32,951 bases of DNA. It comes from Octopus bimaculoides (taxonomy: Eukaryota). The notes under the pieces are model-generated. The model did no database searches. It was not told the DNA's origin and was given only the letters and a program-made list of their open reading frames with translations. The position numbers were made by a program, and so were the translations under genes. Positions 10,041 to 20,142 of the stretch are shown here, piece by piece; within the stretch, counting starts at the first letter, position 1, and each line of letters starts with the position of its first letter. The DNA is taken from NCBI RefSeq assembly GCF_001194135.2, contig NC_069001.1:38607573-38640523 (forward strand), given 5' to 3'.

Positions 10041-10322
10041 GCAAGTCAAGTGACTGCACAGATGCTCACTTATTGTAGTTTAGTAGGAAGATGTACCACT
10101 TTAATCTGCTCCACTTGATGGCAGTTTGTAGTGGCTTATATCAGCTCTCGTATGTTCTGAGTTCAAATTCCAATGAGATCAACTTGGCTTTTCCCTCTTT
10201 CAGGGGCTTCAGAGAGATATTTTATTAATATTTAGCAGAAGCCTAATTTGCTAAGTGCCACCACACAAAACTATCGTCCCTTGAGTCACTCTGTTGCTTC
10301 TGCCAAATATTAATAAAAATAT

Positions 10323-10412
10323 TCTTTTATGTTTCAGTCAGTTGACTGTGGCCATGCTGGAGCACCACCTTTAGTCGAACAAATTGACTCCAGGACTTAT
10401 TCTATTAGTCTT
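10323..10412 (-). mobile_element. SINE family B 3' end
   Basis: Reverse complement matches 1-99. Confidence 0.8.
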
Positions 10413-10449
10413 TTAAAAACCAAAGGCAATATATTTCAACAGACAGTAA

Positions 10450-10575
10450 GTGTTAAACGTCTGTCTTCCATGCTGTCATGGGTTGGATATGGCTTGAACA
10501 ACTGTATCATGCACTAGCATCTGCTCCAGCATGGATTCTATGGCTGGGTGTCTTTCCTAATGTTAATCATTCTAC
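10450..10575 (-). mobile_element. Diverged family C fragment
   Basis: aacgtctgtcttccatgctgtcatgggttgga...tttcctaatg is the inverse of 330-445. Confidence 0.6.
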
Positions 10576-10764
10576 AAAATAAATGTCTTAATCCTGAAGA
10601 CTAAATTATCTATGAACAGGGAGAATTAAACACAGATGCCCCACATCATGCCTTTTGTTATGAATTTGCATGCCTTCCCTGGTTGTTAAAAGGGTCCCAA
10701 CATTTTGGCTGCTATTTCCAGCAAATCTTGAAGAAATTCATTTATTCACTGGTTTACACAAGAC

Positions 10765-11087
10765 TTTGCCAACATAACATGGCAGTCCTGGTTTAGGATG
10801 AATGTTGCTGTAATTTAGCTCAATGAGACATCGTCTCCAGCTGTCTATAGGACACGATCTGTGTCCTTATATTTTCGAACAAGGGAATCTAGCACCCCCA
10901 CTCAGCTCAAAACAATATCGGTGTATCATGATTTCCAGGGTTTTTTGTGCTGAGTGGGGGTGCTAAATTCCTTTGTTTGAAAATATAAGGACACAGATCG
11001 TGTCGTATAGCCAGCTGGAGACAATGTCTCCTCGAGTTAAATTACAACATTCGTCCTAAACCAGGACTGCCATGTTATGTTGGCAAA
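10765..11087. mobile_element. Foldback/MITE-like element with about 147-bp inverted arms
   Basis: 10765-10912 versus the reverse complement of 10941-11087: about 90% identical, one 3-bp indel, spacer about 28 bp. No clear target-site duplication. Confidence 0.85.
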
Positions 11088-11179
11088 CGATCTTTACTAC
11101 AAAGTACCTTTGCTGAATATCTCTCGTTGTGAGATTTAAAAATAGTAATTTTCTGGTTTACACAAAATTATTTTTTATA

Positions 11180-11675
11180 ATCCCAGGTCAACAAATACAA
11201 TCCAACTGTGACCACCCTGTCTTTTTCCCCAATGTGCAGGGAAGCATTTTTGTTTAAGGGTGTAGATATGAAAGAGACTCAGCTGCTATTCCTGGCATGT
11301 CAAGCGACCACTAAGAGGTTCCCTTGTCTCGTTTATACAAACAATAATCGTTGCCAATGTTTGACCAAAAAAACTGAAATTAATTACCGATAAGGTCATC
11401 ACTAATTAACGAATCGTTGCGCACTGACGAAGAAAGCTGTCCTTCATATAAATGTCAATATTTTGTTGTTATTTATTTAACCCCGGGTCAACAAATGATC
11501 AAATATGTTCCAACCATGATCATCCCAACTTTTTATTCAGGCATAGTGTATCTCGGACTACATCATCCCGCTATAGCCATTAAATGCGTTTCATTCTAAG
11601 ATAGCTAAGGTGCGATATAAGGGAGTTTTTGACTGCTATTTCTTGTAAGCCAGCGACCACATAGAGGGTCTTTTA
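11180..11675 (-). mobile_element. Two family F copies (about 11180-11325 and 11463-11675)
   Basis: caggcatagtgtatctcggactacatc and gctgctatttc are inverses of motifs at 17310-17420 and 27945-27960. Confidence 0.7.
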
Positions 11676-11682
11676 ATGTTCT

Positions 11683-12320
11683 CGTCTCCGATGCGTGTTT
11701 GAGGGGGGAGGAGTCATTTCTCCGGAATTGACAACAGACAAGAGAATCTCTAAAGGATCCGTCGACAGACAAACGGACGGACGGACGGACGGACGGCTGG
11801 CGAAATGATCAGACAAGCGAACGGAAGGACAGACATGCGGACAGACGGACAGCTTGTTGATTATGTTGGATGGTTGAAATGGGTCAACGTGGAGTGAGAG
11901 CATTTTAATGTAACTGAAAAGAGAGTGAGTGAGTAAGAGAGAGAGAGAGTGAGTAAGAGAGAGAGAAAGAGAATGAGGGAGGAAGAGAGACAGAGAGAGA
12001 ATGAGGGAGGGAGGGAGGGAGGGAGTAGCCTAGTTGTGTTTTCGTTCTGTGAAGGAAAAAAAACCCCTTCGCTAAATGGCGAGAAAGAGAGAGAGAGAGA
12101 GAGAGATAAATTGATATGATAGAGAGAGAGAGAGAGAGAGAATGATAGAGAAAGGGTAAGTAATAGAGCGTGTTAGAGAGAGAAAGAGAACGATAGGTAA
12201 AATAAGTGAAAGAGGGAGATGTCAGCATGGCAACAATTCTATGCGTATGACACATACACACACACATACAGAGGTGCATTTACGCACGCACAATGCACTT
12301 CCACACACACACACACACGG
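11683..12320. promoter_or_regulatory. CpG-enriched segment with (GGAC)n, followed by long GA-repeat tracts; possible promoter or 5' UTR
   Basis: About 18 CpG in 11683-11890 in an otherwise CpG-poor window, followed by about 280 bp of mostly polypurine. Orientation cannot be determined. Confidence 0.3.
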
Positions 12321-13259
12321 TACGTCTTTCTCACATGACAGTGCAAAAGGCAGCAGCAGCAGCAGGAGGAAGAGGAAGGAGGAGGAAAATCAATAAAACA
12401 TCAGAGGAAACATGGAATGGGGTGGGTAAGAGGAGAAAACGATGTGGAAGGAGGAGGAGAAATTGACTGCAATGTAGTGAAAGATGCCACCACCACGAAA
12501 CTACGGTGGGGCGACGGCGACCTGTTAGAAGCAGCAGTACAGTCTCCCTCAAATTACATAATGGAGTTCTACATTATCCTCCTCTCTCTCTCACTTCCAA
12601 AGAGTGGAGGGTCACGGTTGGAATGCATTTGATCATGGCTCAGATCGATCAGAGTTGATCTCAATTTAAACAGCAACCACCACCACCACCACTACTACTA
12701 CTACTATTATTACGATCACCCATCACCACTACTATCGGAGAGGGTGGAGGGAAGAGCGAAAGATAGGTTGAAGTAGCAGTGGTTGTAAGTAACAGCCAGA
12801 AGATATATCGGGTGAGGGTGAGGGGGGTTTATTATAGAATATTGACGGCTTTTTAATCACTACTATTACTACTATTACTACTACTACCACTACTAAGTCC
12901 ACCAGCGTATGGACCAACAGCACGACTGCCAACACTGTAAGCAGAAAGCACTACAATCGTCAGCAGAACAACCACTCGTACCGACAACAGGCCACCGATA
13001 CCACCATCATCACCTGACCACTCTGCCACCAACGAAACCATCCAACCATGCACAGACATACCACCTCCGCCGCCACATTCCACCATCCCCACCAATCAGC
13101 CATCAATGTTATTGATAATAGAAATTTCATATTTTTATGGGCAAAATCGAATTCAGAAAGTGTTGTGGTATTTTAGATGCGTTCTCCGGCATCGTGAGTT
13201 CAAATGCTACCAGGGCCCACTTCAACCTTTCGTCCTTCCAGGAATGATAACATTAAGTA

Positions 13260-13373
13260 NNNNNNNNNNNNNNNNNNNNNNNNNNNNNNNNNNNNNNNNN
13301 NNNNNNNNNNNNNNNNNNNNNNNNNNNNNNNNNNNNNNNNNNNNNNNNNNNNNNNNNNNNNNNNNNNNNNNNN
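13260..13373. other. Assembly gap (N), directly after a SINE A fragment (13145-13259)
   Basis: 114 N; the preceding sequence has gtgagttcaaat (B-box) and ctttcgtccttcc. Confidence 1.
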
Positions 13374-13569
13374 TCTCGTTCCTCTTTCATTGAGTATTAC
13401 AAACCAACTGTTAAAAACCAACTACAAACCCAGCAGTAAGACATCTGGCTAGTAAACATGGGATCAGTGGTTCAATTCCCACCAAAGATGCAGCAATAGT
13501 TGTGTAGTTAAGAAGTTTGCTCCTCAACCAAGAGGTTTCAGGTTCAGTCACTAAAGCTTACAAGTAATT

Positions 13570-13687
13570 AGATCTAATGTGACTCACCAGATCTTATGTG
13601 ACTCACCAGACCTTACACGACTCACCAGACCTTACACGACTCACCAGACCTTACACGACTCACCAGATCTTACACGACTCACCAGAT
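13570..13687. repeat. 19-bp minisatellite, about 6 copies (gactcaccagaccttacac)
   Basis: Units start at 13581, 13600, 13619, 13638, 13657 and 13676. Confidence 0.97.
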
Positions 13688-13849
13688 ATCTTTATGGGAA
13701 GACATCAATAAGGCAATCATTTCCTTTCTCGTCTATATGGTGAGGTTTGATCTCGTGTCCACATTCTTCAGTCACCTGAATTCAGCCAGAATTACGTTCC
13801 AACAAAAGCATTCACACATTTTCGATTAGTGAATGGTGCAGGCAGGTAC

Positions 13850-14210
13850 CAAAAGTTTAAGGAGTTTGTTTCACAACCCACATGGTCTCAGGTGCAGTCC
13901 CCCCAGACAGTGCTTTTATTCTATAGCTCCATACAAACCAATGCCTTGTGAGGGAATATGGTAAACAGAAACATCTGGAAGCCTGCTGTATACAAGACTC
14001 CGTGTGTCTGTCTGTGATGTTGATATTCAATTCTTGAGTGACGGAGTGCTGCTGACAATATCATGACCAGTTCCTCTGGAATAGAGAAATCCCTTATTTG
14101 AAAAAACAGCTAAGGGTTGGTGACAGAGAAAGCACCTGGCCTGTAAAATCCTACCTCAAATAACTCCTCCTCCAAACTCAAATTGCATTGGAAAAGTAGA
14201 CATTAAACAA
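13850..14210 (+). mobile_element. tRNA-derived SINE family D with a family-C-type tail
   Basis: The head gtttgtttcacaacccacatggtctcaggtgcagtccc matches 21853-21960; it ends ggaaaagtagacattaaac like family C. A separate head fragment lies at 13498-13550. Confidence 0.65.
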
Positions 14211-14554
14211 ACAAAACAACAAGTAGATTAAGACCAATTTAATTAGGTTAATCACCTTCTAATGAAGGTGGGTGGTAATGACAAAACAATATCTAGTCAC
14301 CACTCAACTGAAAAACTATCTTTTTATGAATTTTATCTTCACTGAAGATTATTTATTGGAGAAAATGATTTCATAAGACTTGAATTCACAGAGGAATTTG
14401 GACTTGGTCAATGTTTGAACTCACAAAAATAGTAGAAATAAGTTAATGCTTTAGACATGTGTGGTAGCAGAGAGGGGAGTCTGCTAAGTGTTAACACGAA
14501 GAACTGGTCATTGGCGTTTTAGTATTTTGGTCAAAAACCAATGATTTCATGAAA

Positions 14555-15012
14555 GCACATGGTCCAGAGATTAGAGTGTTGCAGCCCTGATAGCAAGATC
14601 ATGGCTTCAATTCCCAGAACAGGTGGGGCATTGAGTTCTTGAGCAAAACTCTTCATTTCACATTGCCCCCCATCTGACTCAACTGTAAATGGACTGGCAT
14701 CCCATGCAGGGAAATGTGGTGATCTCAGCCACTTTCATGCCATGCAAAATGGGTAACCAAGAGTTGATGATGTTCCAGATCTTTAGTGAAGGCTTGTGGC
14801 CTAGTGGTTAGGATGTTGCAATCCCAATCACAAGGTTGTGGTTTCAATTCCTAGGCCAGGTGTTGTGTTTTCGAGCCAAACCCTTCATTTCCCATTGTCC
14901 CAGTCAACTCCGCTGCGAATGAGTGACCTTGCTATGGTCTGGTGTCCCGTCCAGTGGGGACAGTTGTGATTTGGATCACTTATGTGCCATGGGGAGCCGA
15001 CCCTACAAGTCC
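14555..15012 (+). mobile_element. Two tandem tRNA-derived SINE family E copies (14555-14760, 14786-15012)
   Basis: A-box tggcctagtggttag and B-box ggtttcaattcc; central gttgtgtt.ttgagc.aa.c.cttcatttc and tggactggcatcccat motifs resemble the shared central domains of V/Meta-type SINE superfamilies. Confidence 0.75.
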
Positions 15013-15433
15013 TTGAACTCGAGACAGCAATGTCCAGAGATATATATATATCTAGGGCTACTAATCTCTGGCAATTGGAGTAGGATAATTTCTCACAAGG
15101 GTACAAGGTCAAAGATTTAGGATTAGTGGAGGTGAGGGAGAGGATATACAGGTGTAGACGGTGACATGGAGTTGAGGGGGTTTTGAGAATTACAGTGGTG
15201 TGGGCGGGGAGGGGGAAGAGGCAAACAAAAAGGAAGGTGGAGTAAGGGTGGGGGTGTGACAGACAATGTAGGTTGATTCCAGTTTAAATAAAGAAGTTGA
15301 AAGAGAAAGAACAGAAGAGGTGTGTAATGAGTGACATAATAAATGTTTGTGTGGGAGAGAAAGAGAAACGGGGGGAAGGGGTGGGGGACAGAATAGGTTT
15401 ATCAGAGTGAACATAGGAACTGGGCCAAAAAAA

Positions 15434-15436
<3 letters not shown>

Positions 15437-15471
<35 letters not shown>

Positions 15472-15474
15472 TAC

Positions 15475-15511
<37 letters not shown>

Positions 15512-15600
15512 AATATACACACACACACAAGTGTGTATGCATGTGTATATACATGCATCTGTGTTTATATATATGTGTGTGTGTGTGTATGTAAATGTAT
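15437..15600. repeat. Compound (TA/TG/CA)n microsatellite
   Basis: Read directly. Confidence 0.95.
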
Positions 15601-16010
15601 TGCAAGAAACAAAAGGAGTAATGGAGGGGGAAGGGGAAGTGAGGTGGGGGGAAGGGTAAAGAAACAGGATGGGTTCTTTTTTTTTTTACATTGTGAAGGC
15701 TTTGAAAAAGTTGTTTTATAGTAAATGGAATGTGAAATCAGTCACACCTTTGGAGATATTGAAGTTGAAGATTGGTGGACGGTGACACACAGACACTGAG
15801 GTAACTTTCTGGAGAGTACAGCTTACCTACCTGACTGCTAATAGATATAGGTTGTGACACCTGTGTCGAAACAGTACAAAGTAATGACCTGGCCACTAAC
15901 AGAGAGAAGACAGGGGTTGATATATAATTGTCATACCTGGCATTAAAAGAGAGGGCAGCTTAAGGCCCTGTCTACCTGACGAGTTCTTTGAGAAATCCCT
16001 AATTAATATT

Positions 16011-16214
16011 GGTTTCAAATTTTGGCACAAGGCCAGCAATTTCAGAGAAGGTGGGGGTATGCTGATTACATCGACCCCAGTACATAACTGGTACTTATTT
16101 TATTGACCCCCCCCCTGCAAGGATGAATGGTAAAGTCGACCTTGGTGGAGTTTGAACTCAGAATGTAAAGATAACCAAAATGCCACTCAGTATTCTGCCA
16201 GTTTGCCACCTTCA
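16011..16214 (-). mobile_element. Near-full-length SINE family A with a 14-bp target-site duplication
   Basis: ccctaattaatatt occurs at both 15997-16010 and 16215-16228; inverted B-box tttgaactcag is inside. Confidence 0.9.
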
Positions 16215-16494
16215 CCCTAATTAATATTAATGTTTAGTCACACCTGAATTGAAACAAGAGTGTGTTGTCTACTTGTTGTCTTCATAGTCACACCTTTCAC
16301 TAAACATTGATCAACTGAATGGTGAAATAAATACCTGGAGTTCTTTTCTATAGAATATAGGTTATTTACCTGACAACCCAAAAGTGGCAGCGCTAACCTG
16401 ACTGCTGTTTTTTCAAGCAAATGGAGTCCCTGTGTAATTTTTCCTCAGTCATGTTAATTACTGACACCCACCTGTGTTCGTTATTGTAGTAAGT

Positions 16495-16751
16495 CAGTGG
16501 TTCCTAACCAGGGTACCTATGGCCCTTCGGGGTCCCATATAGGATTTTGTTCTTAAAATTCATTGGCAATAAATTGCTTATTCTTCTAAAATACACAAAA
16601 CATTTTAACAATTCTTTTATAGAATTCTTAATAATATTTAATCATGAAAATACGATAAAGTTTCTTTTTAACATTGTGTGGCCATGAGGATTTATCCGAG
16701 TCAAATAGTAATCAAAGGGGCCCAGAGGTGTAAAATGGTTGATAACCACTG
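16495..16751. mobile_element. hAT (Charlie-type) MITE, 257 bp
   Basis: TIRs CAGTGGTTCCTAACC and GGTTGATAACCACTG (12/15 match); the 8-bp flanks are degraded (4/8) but both have a central TA. A related end lies at 29330-29513. Confidence 0.75.
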
Positions 16752-17309
16752 TTATACATCAATACAGTGATTATCTCATCACTGAGCTGGTCAGTAAGGT
16801 GGAGGGGGGTGATGCTTTGCTGAAGAGATTAATAAACATGAAACATGAGCACCAGCTGTTGGTGCCACCATGTGGGCAGGTCTGCCAAGATGTGAGTAGG
16901 TTACATTTTTTAAATCCCTAGTTGGCAACCAGATGGGGGAGGCTGTCCCCTCAACCAATACACTGCTGTAGGAGCCATTGGATGATGGACTCTGGTGATG
17001 ATGTTATTCCATACTTTCCAATTCATCATTTAACGTCCATTTTCCATGCTAGCATGGGTTGATGATGACGATGATAACAATGATGATGATGATGACGCCA
17101 TTGACGATGATGATGTTGATAAATGCCACAGAATAAATATATGGTTAAAATTTCAAACCCTTTCCCAATGAAGTCTGTTGTAATTATTAGCTCATTAAAT
17201 AGTACTTAATTAGTTGTATGCAATTACTATCGTTAGTGTTTCAGCGTTGGTAAAGGGCATTAAGGACAATAACAGGTTTGTTTGTTTAATAACACCATGA
17301 AACAGCACA

Positions 17310-17420
17310 CTTGATAATATAGTCTTAGATACACTATGCCTGAATAAAAGATGGGATGGTCATGACCGGAACGTCCTCTTACTGGGATCAGGGCTGACTT
17401 GGGGCTAAACAATAACAAGA
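17310..17420 (+). mobile_element. Family F 3' part
   Basis: tagatacactatgcctgaataaaagatgggatggtca...gggctgacttggggctaaacaataacaa. Confidence 0.75.
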
Positions 17421-17594
17421 AAGCATACATTGACCCCTGCACCCAGTCTTTTCCCCTGCCACCAGTATCTTGGTTCCCTCAAATTCCTCCCCTCTACATG
17501 TCTTGGAAACATCATCAACGTCACCAGTTTTGAGGGGAGGGGCTATGAAGGTCATGGGCACTGCACCTTCCTCAAAACATAGTAAAAACTAAGT

Positions 17595-17859
17595 CCCCTG
17601 GGCATCAGTGTCTCAAGTTTTAGGACTCATAAGAGTTGGTTCCCCAGTTTCCAGGGCATGCAAAGGACCAACACTGCATCATTCTCCCTGTATGGGATGC
17701 CAGTCCATTGCAGAATTACTCATTCACAGCTAAGTGGACTGAAGTAATGGAAAATGAAGTGTTTTGCTCAAGAACACAACAAAACCATTCTAGTTAAGGG
17801 ATTGAAACTGCAATCTTGAGCAGTGCAATACCAAAACCAATTAGCCACATGCCTTCACT
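17595..17859 (-). mobile_element. SINE family E, inverted
   Basis: gggatgccagtcca, ttgctcaagaacacaac, ggattgaaac and ttagccacatgccttcac are inverses of motifs in 14555-15012. Confidence 0.75.
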
Positions 17860-18263
17860 TGAAACAAAAGAAAAGTAAAAAAAAAAATTTTTTAAAAGCA
17901 CTGACTTGACTGTTGCTTTTCTAGCAGATGGTGTCCCAAGGTCATTAGTCATGCTTAGTCTCTAACAACAACATCAGCAACAACGACATATTTCTGGACA
18001 AGTTCAACATCAAACAATGGTGGAAGTCCAAAAAGTTCACATGAACTTTGAAATGGTTCACATAGAAACCTGAAGAGAGTTCACACCAAACTAGCTTTGG
18101 ATGTTGGGGTGAAGAAGGGATGGTATTCGTGGACAATGGGAAAGCAATGATTCCCTAAAGAATGGGTTCTTTTTGAACTTATGTCCTTGCAGTCAGCAAT
18201 AAAAGACAAAAACTGGATCGAAACAACAAAAAATACATTAAATTAAGAGAAAACAGACGACGA

Positions 18264-18345
18264 CATTTTGATGGTTATTGAGAAGAAAGCAGTGGACAAA
18301 TGCAGATATTTGTCTACTGCTTTCTTCTCAATAACCACCAGAATG
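18264..18345 (+). ncRNA. Near-perfect 82-nt hairpin; pri-miRNA-like or template-switch palindrome
   Basis: 37 pairs (two of them G-U), one A-C mismatch and a 6-nt loop gcagat. The inverted repeat is certain; the RNA identity is inferred. Confidence 0.4.
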
Positions 18346-18367
18346 CCCTCCTCTCTTTTCTCTAATT

Positions 18368-18418
<51 letters not shown>

Positions 18419-19294
18419 ATTATGGTATGAATGAACTTGTATATATACATATATCCAAGAATACATATATGAATATAGACATTCATTTATTGATTTACAC
18501 ATCACTGCTTCTCTATACTTGGCTAATGAGGTCAGCATAAAATGATAACGTATCAGGAGTTGTCTCCTCCTGCACAAGATGTTGACTCGTCTTCCTTTTT
18601 TTTTTTAACAAAGCAGCTTACCACTAATAATAAATAATAATAATAAAAGCAATAATAATGATAATAATAATTACAAGAACTGATGTAACATGTGGCATTT
18701 TCACAGAAGAGCAAAGCAGTTTTTATCTGTGGTCATAGACATCACAAAGTGTGGCGAGTGGGTTATGAATGAGGGGTAAGGGTTAGGTCTGTGTGTGTGT
18801 GCGTGCGTGAATGGGAGTGTGAGATTGTGCATGTGAGTGTGTATGTGTATGTCTGTACGAGTGTATAACTGTGTGAGTGAGTTTGTACACATGTGTGTAT
18901 GGATGTATGTTGTATACGTGAGAGGATATATCTGCGTGTGTATAAAAAAAGGGAGAAAGAGAGTTTGATTGTGCATTATGGCTGGAATGTGGGAATACCA
19001 CATAACCCAAGTGGCGGTAGTGGTGGTGTCAGGGGTGGGGGTCATCACTCTACTTGGTGGTGGTGGTGGTGGTGGTGAATGCTGGCTCAGCTAGAAACTA
19101 TCCTCTAGTGTGGGATGGTCAGCTACAGAGACCAGGCTTCCCACACAACCAGTGATTAGGACCAAGGAGGGGAGCTGAAAGTAAGGCTGTACAAGACACT
19201 GGACATTGACCAGATGACCATTCTTTAAATACTGGGGGTGTAATATACAGTACAACTAAGAGAAAAAAAAAAGGGAATCAGTGGATTATACACA

Positions 19295-19510
19295 CAGGGT
19301 GATTGAAAAGTAACTCCCTGTTTTAAAATACTTATGAAATCATTTATTAATTGTAGTTTTTACAAAATAAAAATGGATATGAGAGGAAGGCTTTTAGTAC
19401 GAGATTTTATTTATACTTCAAAAAACAAACAAAAAATTTGAGAAAAATTTTACAATTAATAAATAATTTTATAAGTATTTTAAAATAGGGAGTTACTTTT
19501 CAATCACCCT

Positions 19511-19511
<1 letters not shown>
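19295..19511. mobile_element. Tc1/mariner-type MITE, 217 bp
   Basis: About 60-bp TIRs (cagggtgattgaaaagtaactccct...tttattaattgta and its inverse); right flank TA, left flank CA. Confidence 0.85.
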
Positions 19512-19551
<40 letters not shown>

Positions 19552-19576
19552 CACACACACACACATACACATAATA

Positions 19577-19738
19577 AGCTTCCACATAGTTTCCATGTAC
19601 CAAATTTATTCAAATCTCATTGGTCAGCCTAGGGTTAGGGTTAGAGTAGAAGATACTTGTCAAAGGAACCGCACACTGAGACTGAACTCAAGACCATGGG
19701 GCTGCAAAGCAAACTTCTTAACCACACAGCCATGCCTA
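19577..19738 (-). mobile_element. SINE family D 5' part, inverted
   Basis: actgaactcaagaccatg...gcaaacttcttaaccacacagcc is the inverse of the D head. Confidence 0.7.
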
Positions 19739-20111
19739 CTCCTATTCACACACACACACACACACATGCATATACATGTGTGTGTGTGTGTGTGTTCATG
19801 ATAGAGGATAGTGGTCATTAAAGGTTAGGTAAGTGTAAGCCTAACTCACTTTTGTGACAATAAATGAGAGACCAGGGACGAACAGACAGAGAGAAGACCG
19901 AGTGGACTACTACCAGTCGGCTACTATTACATCTGCTGTGGTGGCTTTCACACATATTTTCATTATATTTGGAGAGAGAAGGAAGAGGGACGACATTGTT
20001 GAGATTTTTATGACAATTCATTGAATTGAAGTGAAGTTCGCAATTGTTGCTGCATAAAAATTTTACATTCAATGGAAATGTAGACATTCCTTCTTCATGA
20101 AAACCAGTACA

Positions 20112-20142
<31 letters not shown>

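Noticed and set aside
11673-11903. 76-aa ORF after an acceptor-like site
   Set aside because: Largely a translation of the (GTCC)n repeat; no donor; it runs into a family F repeat.
13570-13687. Direct-repeat array as a CRISPR
   Set aside because: The units are contiguous with no unique spacers, and the context is eukaryotic.
14786-14860. tRNA-like sequences (also the heads of families A and D)
   Set aside because: A/B boxes are present but there is no complete cloverleaf, and they continue into SINE bodies.
16739-16921. ORF with YLITEL...EGGD.LL, faintly like kinase subdomain V, ending near GAT|GTGAGT
   Set aside because: It needs insertions at conserved positions, the flanking subdomains are absent, its start lies inside a MITE TIR and the acceptor is weak.
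19630-19644. TTAGGG-like interstitial telomeric repeat
   Set aside because: Only about 2.5 units inside a SINE; trivial slippage.
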